DNA of 64,000 nucleotides, taken from the NCBI GenBank assembly GCA_963772675.1, contig CAVYYF010000007.1, forward strand, positions 268,049 to 332,048, in the 5' to 3' direction. This stretch comes from an uncultured Bacteroidota bacterium. Its GTDB lineage: Bacteria; Bacteroidota; Ignavibacteria; Ignavibacteriales; Ignavibacteriaceae. The notes below the pieces were generated by a model that did not search any database, was not told where the DNA came from, and saw nothing but the letters and a program-made list of their open reading frames with translations. This document shows, piece after piece, positions 10,230 to 19,739 of this stretch. Position numbers and translations under genes: made by a program. How positions within the stretch are numbered: the first letter of the stretch is position 1; each line of letters starts with the position of its first letter.

Positions 10230-10835
10230 ATGAAAAAACTACTGATTACTTTCGCAATTTTAGCAATTGCTCTTGTTTATTTCTTTTATCCCGCAAAAGT
10301 AATTACATATCCACCGGGAGTAACTGCACCTCTTCCTCCACAGCAAACTAACCTTGTCATTAAGAAAAAATGGACTGTGAAAGAGTTTACAATAGAAGCA
10401 CTTGCCAAATATGATGTAAAAGCAAGAGTTTTAAGCCGTGATAATTATTCCATCGGAAAGGAAAGTGAATTATCTCCATTTGATCTGGCTCTTGGCTGGG
10501 GGCCAATGTCTGATCAGAGTGTGATTAATAAAATAGACATATCCCAAAGAGCTAGATGGTATTTTTGGCAGGCCGACAAGCTACCAATTCCAAGGAATGA
10601 AATTACATTAAACAGTGCTAATACTCATATTATACCTAAAGATGAAGATGTTAAAGACGAATTCGATAAAGTATATAAAGGCAGTCTGATTGAAATGAAA
10701 GGTTATCTTGTTAAAGTAACCACTGCGAAAGGCTGGCACTGGGTAAGTTCACTTAGAAGGGACGATACAGGTGGTGGTTCGTGCGAACTACTTTGGGTAG
10801 AAGATTTAACCGTATTTGATGAAAGCTCGAATTAA
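10230..10835 (+). CDS. Hypothetical membrane-anchored or secreted protein
   Basis: The N-terminal hydrophobic anchor is MKKLLITFAILAIALVYFFY. I recognise no family motif. Confidence 0.5.
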   Translation: MKKLLITFAILAIALVYFFYPAKVITYPPGVTAPLPPQQTNLVIKKKWTVKEFTIEALAKYDVKARVLSRDNYSIGKESELSPFDLALGWGPMSDQSVINKIDISQRARWYFWQADKLPIPRNEITLNSANTHIIPKDEDVKDEFDKVYKGSLIEMKGYLVKVTTAKGWHWVSSLRRDDTGGGSCELLWVEDLTVFDESSN

Positions 10836-11025
10836 TATGTTTACAAAAGCAATCGAACAGTATGCTGCAAATTGTGTCTGGATAAACAACAATGTGCTTG
10901 TTCCCAAAGGCTATCCCGTAGCAAAAGCTAAAATAAAAACCGCCGGGTATAATGTAATAGAAGTTGATGTTTCCGAGTTCCGGAAACTCGACGGCGGTTT
11001 GAGCTGTCTTTCGCTGTGGTTTTAA
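10816..11025 (+). pseudogene. C-terminal remnant of a DDAH / amidinotransferase (guanidino-group modifying enzyme) gene
   Basis: The roughly 62 aa AANCVWINNNVLVPKGYP...IEVDVSEFRKLDGGLSCLSLWF* corresponds to the extreme C-terminus, including the catalytic Cys, of proteins that are 250-300 aa long. No upstream part is present. Confidence 0.6.
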
Positions 11026-11079
11026 TTCCAATATGTTATTGAAATATTTAACAAGAAATATTATAATAAGCACAAGTTT

Positions 11080-11106
11080 ATATATGAGAATAAAATTCTC
11101 ATATAT
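11080..11106. repeat. Perfect palindrome, 12-bp arms and a 3-nt centre
   Basis: atatatgagaat aaa attctcatatat. The arms are exact reverse complements. Confidence 0.8.
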
Positions 11107-11218
11107 GTTCCGGTAAACAATTTATGAATTGGTTATAACTAATATTTAGCAAGCAAAATTATTATTTATGTTTTTTAAACATCCGGCATTTGTAGATCCA
11201 AATAATAGCAATTTATAA

Positions 11219-11890
11219 TTGTGGCGGTATCTTCAACGCGATAAATTATCCTATCTTTTAGAATCGTCAAGCTTATACTTTTGTCGGGCTGACTATTTTC
11301 AAAAGGTAGACATTTTTGAAGGAAGTTATCCACGGTTAGAATATGAATATCAATGCAAAAGAGATGAAGGTAAAGAAACATCCAGAAGGTTCTACGAAAT
11401 TCTTTCTAAAGATACCTTTATTAATTGTTGGCATTTGAGTGAGCATGAAAGTTTAGCAATGTGGAAATTATATGCGAAAGATAAAAAAGGTATTGCGATT
11501 CAAACAAGTCTAGCCGAATTCAAGGACGCCTTTGAAAATAGTGATAGAACTATATTCGCGGGTAAAGTTGATTACATTGATTATGAAACTGATACATTCT
11601 ACAAAGAAAGTGGTCATAAATATTATGCAATGAATGGATTTTCTTTATTCATTCACAAGAGGAAAATATATTCTTATGAAAATGAATATCGAGCTATTTA
11701 CACGGATTCTAATGGATCCCAATCAAAAGGCGTGCATATAAAAGTGAATTTGTACAAACTAATTCATAAAATATATTTATCACCATTTGCCACCGAAAAT
11801 GAGTATACGGAAATTGAAAATAAACTTAATGTGTTAGACTTAAAAATACCAATAAGTTTTTCTAGTTTTAAAGCACAACCATATTATTAA
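11219..11890 (+). CDS. DUF2971-like protein (TTG start as called). An in-frame ATG ORF upstream is separated by a single TAA.
   Basis: LSYLLESSSLYFCRADYFQKVDIFEG resembles the DUF2971 N-terminal motif. The family call is from memory only. Confidence 0.5.
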   Translation: MWRYLQRDKLSYLLESSSLYFCRADYFQKVDIFEGSYPRLEYEYQCKRDEGKETSRRFYEILSKDTFINCWHLSEHESLAMWKLYAKDKKGIAIQTSLAEFKDAFENSDRTIFAGKVDYIDYETDTFYKESGHKYYAMNGFSLFIHKRKIYSYENEYRAIYTDSNGSQSKGVHIKVNLYKLIHKIYLSPFATENEYTEIENKLNVLDLKIPISFSSFKAQPYY

Positions 11891-11991
11891 GGCTTCCAAC
11901 TAGTGGCTTGAACCAAAAACGTCTTTGAAGTCCAAAATTTATTAATTATCGCTTGGTCACATAATTATTTCACAAATTATTAGAGACTATT

Positions 11992-12528
11992 ATGAAAAGT
12001 TATTTCATTTTGCTACTAGTTACCTTATTAATTGGCTCTTTTATCTTTGCACAAAAGAAAGATTATGGACAGAAAAATGGTTATGACTGGAATAATGATT
12101 TTACTAAGCAAGCTGAAATCATGCTTAGAGATTTTCATTGGGCTAATAAACAAGAATCAATTGATGCCGAAGTAAATTCTCTCAAGATCAATTATTTAAT
12201 TGGTATTTATGACCTTGCAACGAGAATACCTGCTGAATGTTATATTAAGATCAAAGATGGTCAGGGGAAATATAAATACTATGACATTGGAAATTCATTT
12301 CCATATCTGTCAGGAACTTCGCCATCGCAAATGTCAAAAGCTTTAGACAACTTTTACTCTGATTATAGAAATATGAACATCTTTATTTTAGATGCAATTC
12401 ATATCTGTCAAATGGAAATAAATGGGGCAAGCAAGGATGATATTGATTGGCAAACTCGCTATTATAGAACTGACAAAGAAGGTAAGGAAAAAATGAAACA
12501 AGAAAAATATCATTCTACAAACAAATAA
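11992..12528 (+). CDS. Hypothetical secreted protein
   Basis: Signal peptide MKSYFILLLVTLLIGSFIFAQ. No recognisable domain. Confidence 0.55.
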   Translation: MKSYFILLLVTLLIGSFIFAQKKDYGQKNGYDWNNDFTKQAEIMLRDFHWANKQESIDAEVNSLKINYLIGIYDLATRIPAECYIKIKDGQGKYKYYDIGNSFPYLSGTSPSQMSKALDNFYSDYRNMNIFILDAIHICQMEINGASKDDIDWQTRYYRTDKEGKEKMKQEKYHSTNK

Positions 12529-12618
12529 ACGCTGGTATAATTGTTACTTATTTGTGCCTCTTATTTAGTTATTCTACTATTAAATAATAAGCTAAACATC
12601 CTTTTTTAATTTTAAAAC

Positions 12619-12652
12619 AAAAAACCTCCGGCTAATTCACCGGAGGTTTTTT
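12619..12652. terminator. Rho-independent terminator, bidirectional form (A-run, stem, T-run)
   Basis: aaaaaa cctccgg ctaattca ccggagg tttttt. Confidence 0.85.
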
Positions 12653-12848
12653 AATCAATATATGTGTTACTGAAATCAGGCCAAATCAGAACCTGTCAAA
12701 TTTTATTATTTTTGTTCCGCCCAGCAACTCTGTACTCAGTTTATCGAGCATAAACTGTTACACTGAAATGTTATAGTTTAGTGAATAAATTTTGTTAAAA
12801 AATATGTTGACTAACTTTCCCGATATTCAAATATTGTAAGCCCGCAGA

Positions 12849-13772
12849 ATGAATTTAGAACCAATAAGGAATTATTATTTGAAACTATCACTGTTTTTTA
12901 TTACACTTCTCTCCGGATTATTTTTCTGCGCTAACGGACAAAATAAAAGTGAGCCCAGTAATGTTACACTGGAATATCAACATCTTCATAGCAAAATATT
13001 TAATAACACCAGGACATTACGAATTTTATTACCACCCGGCTATTACAATAGCGGCAAAAATAAAATATACAAAGTGCTTTTTTTAAATGACGGACAAAGC
13101 TTGTTTAACAATGATACCTGTCAGTTTTCGCACAATGAATGGAGAGTTGATGAGACAGTAGATTCGCTCATAAATATGAAAAAAATAGAGCCCTTTATTA
13201 TAGTTGGTATTGATAACATTGGTTCAAAATACAGGGGGAAAGAGTACCTGCCGTGGGAAGATATATATTTAAGTCCGCCTATTCCCCACCCCATGGGCCC
13301 AAAATATCCTGATTTTATTATAAATGAAGTATTACCTTTTGTAAAAAGTAAGTACAGGATCAGCACTAAACGGGAAGACATTGGTGTGGGCGGATCTTCA
13401 TACGGAGCTTTGATAGCTTTATATACATATCTGAAAAAACCGGATGACATCGGATTTTTATTACTGGAAAGTCCATCCTTTTATGTAAATGAACAGGCTA
13501 TACTAAAAATGTTCAAATCTTTTAACGGCGCATTACCGGAGAAAATATCCATTGGCGTTGGTACAAATGAGCTGGCACTAAAGAACTGCGATGAATCTAA
13601 TCCGGATAATTTAATGGCAGTAAGAGATGCAACAAATCTGCAAGATATGTTCCTTTCAAAAGGACTGGATAAGAAAAGATTGCTCCTTACAGTTGGAAAA
13701 TGTGCTATTCATAGAGAAAAAGCCTGGGCAGGGAGATTCCCGAAAGATATACAGTTTCTGATGCATAAGTAA
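12849..13772 (+). CDS. Putative esterase (alpha/beta hydrolase, enterochelin-esterase-like family)
   Basis: YKVLFLNDGQ plus the nucleophile elbow GVGGSSYGAL. N-terminal signal/anchor present. Confidence 0.7.
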   Translation: MNLEPIRNYYLKLSLFFITLLSGLFFCANGQNKSEPSNVTLEYQHLHSKIFNNTRTLRILLPPGYYNSGKNKIYKVLFLNDGQSLFNNDTCQFSHNEWRVDETVDSLINMKKIEPFIIVGIDNIGSKYRGKEYLPWEDIYLSPPIPHPMGPKYPDFIINEVLPFVKSKYRISTKREDIGVGGSSYGALIALYTYLKKPDDIGFLLLESPSFYVNEQAILKMFKSFNGALPEKISIGVGTNELALKNCDESNPDNLMAVRDATNLQDMFLSKGLDKKRLLLTVGKCAIHREKAWAGRFPKDIQFLMHK

Positions 13773-13969
13773 AATATTACAACAACTGGCTACGGCTTTC
13801 CAAACAAGACAGATCAAATTGATAAAAATATGTTTCCTGTCTTAAGAAAAATTTGTAAACTTCATAACAGGGGGAAAAATTAAATCTACTAACATTGCCG
13901 GGTAGGGATGATATTGTTTTTAACTATCGTAATTTCAGATCTGTCCTCAAAATATGAGGGTTTACCACA

Positions 13970-15943
13970 ATGAAAAATATTTTACAGGTTTTAACGCTTG
14001 TCTTTTTTCTGGCCTTAATAATTTATTCGCAGGATTATAGAGAAGACATTATAAAATCAGAGAGAGCATCTTTTGAAAAGATGAATAAATTTTCGAAGGT
14101 TGAATATCCCGGCGATTCCACCATTGATGTAACCTATTATAAACTGAACCTAACGCTGAATTATGATACAAAATATTTAGACGGGATTATAACCGTTTTA
14201 TTCAAAAGTGAATCTTCAAACCTTACTTCTTTTTTCCTTGATCTGCAGGACACGATGGTAGTAGATTCAGTAAAAATGAACGGAAGCAGGATTAATTTTA
14301 CACAGTCGGCAGGTCAGGAAAAGCTTGTGATAAATCTTCCATCAGCTATGAGTCTTAACCAGCAAGGTAGTGTGGATATTTATTATGGCGGAAGCCCGGT
14401 CTCGTCCGGTTTTGGCAGTTTTACTTTTGGTACTGATGACGCGGGCGGAAAAGCAATCTATACTCTGAGTGAGCCTTACGGCTCAAGCGACTGGTGGCCG
14501 TGCAAAGATACTCCCGGGGATAAAGCGGATTCTTCAGATGTCTGGATGACAGTGGAAAACGGTTTAACAGCAGTTTCAAACGGCACGCTACAGGAAGAGG
14601 TTGACAACGGAAACGGCACGCACACTTTTAAATGGAAAAACAGTTACCCTATTGCGCAGTATCTTATTTCGATAGCAATTGCTAATTATATAAGATACGA
14701 TACTTATTATAAGTACAGCCCGACAGATTCAATGTTGATCTCGAACTATATCTGGCAGAATAGCTATAACTCAAACACAACGGGTGCGCTTGATCTCGTA
14801 GCGGATATGATAAAAATCCTTTCCGACCGATACGGCTCCTACCCTTTTATAAAAGAAAAATACGGTCATGCACAATTTGGAGTGGGGGGAGGAATGGAAC
14901 ATCAAACCATTACTTCAGCTACCGACTTTAACGAAGCATTGGAAATTCACGAACTTGCGCATCAGTGGTTCGGAGATAAGGTGACCTGCAGTACATGGAA
15001 TGATATCTGGCTTAATGAAGGGTTTGCTACATACTCCGAAGGTGTTTATTATGAAGGTAAATATGGCAGGCAGTCATATGAAGATTTTATTGATCGCCAA
15101 ATGTCAGGAGTTAAAAAGTATCCGCAAAATTCAGTTTACGTAAATGACATTAGTTCAATTGATAATATTTTCAGAAGTACATCATATCTAAAAGGAGGTC
15201 TCGTACTCCATATGCTGCGTGGTATAGTGGGAGACTCAACATTTTTTAGAATTATGAGAACTTACAATAGTGATCCGCGATATGCTTATAATTCTGCTTC
15301 CACTTCAGATTTCAAGGGGGTTGCAGAAAGCGTATCCGGCCTGAACCTGGATTACTTTTTTAATGAGTGGATTTACGGAATTGATTATCCACGTTATAAT
15401 TACGGGTGGACTTATGTTGATTTAGGCGGCGGATTATACAAGGTTACACTTACCATAGATCAGCCCCAAAGAAGTAACCCGCAGTATTTTACTATGCCTG
15501 TACAAATAGAGATTGCGACAAATGAAGGTGATACAACTGTCACTGTTTTTAATGATCAGCTACAGCAGGAATTTAACATTACTGTAAAGGGAATGCCGTC
15601 GCAGGTCACATTTGATCCGAATAATTTTATTCTAAAAGATTTGACAACCACAGATATTACAGATGGAAAAATTGTTCCGAAAGAATTTCTACTCGAACAA
15701 AATTACCCGAATCCGTTCAACCCGGTTACGGTTATTAAATATTACATCCCTCATATAACAAAAGCAAAACTTACAATTACAGATGAGCTTGGAAGAGTTG
15801 TAAAAACTCTGGTGGATAAAGAACAGACTTTAGGTCAATACTCCGTTCCATTTAACGGGAAAGATTTAGCGAGCGGAATTTATTTTTATACATTAATCAC
15901 GGACAAATTTTCACAAACTAAAAAAATGATATTATTAAAATAA
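13970..15943 (+). CDS. M1 family zinc aminopeptidase with a T9SS C-terminal sorting domain
   Basis: HELAHQWFGD...WLNEGFATY (HEXXH-18-E) and a GGMEH exopeptidase-like motif. C-terminal tail NYPNPFNPVTVIKYYIP...GIYFYTLITDKFSQTKKMILLK. Confidence 0.9.
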   Translation: MKNILQVLTLVFFLALIIYSQDYREDIIKSERASFEKMNKFSKVEYPGDSTIDVTYYKLNLTLNYDTKYLDGIITVLFKSESSNLTSFFLDLQDTMVVDSVKMNGSRINFTQSAGQEKLVINLPSAMSLNQQGSVDIYYGGSPVSSGFGSFTFGTDDAGGKAIYTLSEPYGSSDWWPCKDTPGDKADSSDVWMTVENGLTAVSNGTLQEEVDNGNGTHTFKWKNSYPIAQYLISIAIANYIRYDTYYKYSPTDSMLISNYIWQNSYNSNTTGALDLVADMIKILSDRYGSYPFIKEKYGHAQFGVGGGMEHQTITSATDFNEALEIHELAHQWFGDKVTCSTWNDIWLNEGFATYSEGVYYEGKYGRQSYEDFIDRQMSGVKKYPQNSVYVNDISSIDNIFRSTSYLKGGLVLHMLRGIVGDSTFFRIMRTYNSDPRYAYNSASTSDFKGVAESVSGLNLDYFFNEWIYGIDYPRYNYGWTYVDLGGGLYKVTLTIDQPQRSNPQYFTMPVQIEIATNEGDTTVTVFNDQLQQEFNITVKGMPSQVTFDPNNFILKDLTTTDITDGKIVPKEFLLEQNYPNPFNPVTVIKYYIPHITKAKLTITDELGRVVKTLVDKEQTLGQYSVPFNGKDLASGIYFYTLITDKFSQTKKMILLK

Positions 15944-15975
15944 AGGTGCAATAGAATACATAGTTATTTTATTAC

Positions 15976-16011
15976 AAAAAAAACCTCCGCTGTTTCCATC
16001 GGAGGTTTTTT
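15976..16011. terminator. Bidirectional rho-independent terminator between the convergent aminopeptidase and katG genes
   Basis: aaaaaaaa cctccg ctgtttccat cggagg tttttt. Confidence 0.85.
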
Positions 16012-16037
16012 AATTAATGTCACTTATTGAAATGAAA

Positions 16038-18236
<2,199 letters not shown>

Positions 18237-18300
18237 TTATCCCTCATGATTATTATGTTGTTTTAGTTCAATTTTGTTAAAGTTTTTGTCTATAGGTTAG

Positions 18301-18328
18301 TAAATCTGAATAAAAAATTACAGATTTA
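18301..18328. promoter_or_regulatory. Inverted repeat upstream of katG, candidate operator
   Basis: taaatctg N12 cagattta, an exact 8-bp inverted repeat 68-95 nt upstream of the katG ATG. Confidence 0.3.
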
Positions 18329-18408
18329 TTTATAGTTTAACAAGGCAACAGAGCATCCGGCAGTATCCAAACTTCACAATGAGTTATCCTTAACCTGCAT
18401 TTTCGACA

Positions 18409-18471
18409 GTCAGGCTTATTTCTGAATCTATTAAACTGCAAAGATTCTGAAATATATTCAGAATGACAGTT
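18409..18471. repeat. REP-like palindromic element copy. Its right half is identical to the copy at 24754..24783.
   Basis: The 30-nt agattctgaaatatattcagaatgacagtt is identical at 18442..18471 and 24754..24783. It contains the hairpin attctgaa-atata-ttcagaat. Confidence 0.8.
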
Positions 18472-18715
18472 ACTTTATGAAATCAGGGCATTAACAAGCA
18501 TCCGAAAATAAATATGCAGGTCGATTGAATCCGCAATAATAATTTCCGACCTCATTTTCAGTACGATGAAAAGATTTCATTGTCTAATATCTGTCAATTT
18601 ATATATATATTTTAAAAATAAGATTGAATATTAAGGCATTAAGAATATTGTAAATAGATACTGTATTTATCACTTTTCTAACAAATCACCTGCTGTAAAT
18701 AATGATCAAGTATAT

Positions 18716-18744
18716 TTGACAATTATTAGACAAAGTACTATTTT
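18716..18744 (+). promoter_or_regulatory. Sigma-70-like promoter for the MerR/B12 regulator (TTGACA-N17-TATTTT)
   Basis: ttgaca 18716..18721, a 17-nt spacer, tatttt 18739..18744. The ATG at 18752 lies only about 7 nt downstream, which suggests a leaderless or near-leaderless mRNA. Confidence 0.35.
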
Positions 18745-18751
18745 TTCAAAT

Positions 18752-19676
18752 ATGAGCACAGAATATATTTATCCGATTAAAGTAGTGGTTAATAAAACCG
18801 GAATTACAGCACATGTTATACGTGCCTGGGAAAAAAGGTACGCTGCAATTGAACCCGGCAGAACAGATACTAACAGAAGATTATATTGCGAAGATGACAT
18901 TCACAGACTTGAACTATTAGGCAAACTTACGAAAGCCGGACATAGTATCGGCACAATTGCAAAACTGCCGACCGAAGATCTGGAAGAAGTTAATTGACGA
19001 AATAAAAGGAAATGGTCGCTCAATAATTTCAGATGAATCCGGAGATAAGAATTCGTATTTAACAAGCTGTCTTCAGGCAATTGAAGATCTTGATGAAAAG
19101 AGACTGGAAGAAATTTTATCTCGTGCATCTGTGCAACTTAGCCAGCCTGCACTGCTCCAGGAAGTTCTTGTGCCGATGATAAAAAATATTGGTGATCATT
19201 GGAAGAATGGAAGTATGAGAGTTTATCACGAACATCTTGCATCCGCAGTTATTAAAACTTTTCTGACTAATCTAAGAGGAGCTTATAAAGTTGAACAAAA
19301 TGCTCCTGAAATAATAATTGCAACTCCAATAGGTCAGATGCATGAACTGGGTGCACTACTGGCAGCTTCAGCCGCAGCCTCTGAAGGCTGGCAAGTAACA
19401 TATCTCGGATCGAATCTTCCGGCCGAGGAAATTGCCGCAGCAGTTCAGCAAAAAAGACCCAAAGCACTTGCATTAAGTCTCGTCTATCCGCCGGACGACC
19501 CAAAAGTAAATCTTGAACTTATAAAGCTTGCAAAATATTTAGGCAAAGACACTATAATCTTTGTCGGAGGCAATTCCACTGAAAGTTATAATAAACCCCT
19601 ATCAAAAATTAAAGCAAATGTGTTATTTGATTTGAATGATTTTAGAAATCAGCTTGTTAAAATCAGGAAAAAATAA
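18752..19676 (+). pseudogene. MerR-family regulator fused to a cobalamin-binding domain (LitR/CarH-like), split by an apparent frameshift near 18984..18993
   Basis: MerR HTH: YPIKVVVNKTGITAHVIRAWEKRY...RTDTNRRLYCEDDIHRL. Downstream frame: B12-binding signature QMHELG (DxHxxG-type), LALSLVY (SxL) and IFVGGN (GG). Confidence 0.75.
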
Positions 19677-19739
19677 ATAATTTCGATTCTCTTTCTTAGT
19701 TCCAATTTTATATCCAGCAACAAAATGAATTTAAAATCT

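Noticed and set aside
12807-12835. Possible TTGACT-N17-AATATT promoter upstream of the esterase gene.
   Set aside because: The -10 element is weak. In DNA this AT-rich, such matches are expected by chance, so I did not list it as a feature.
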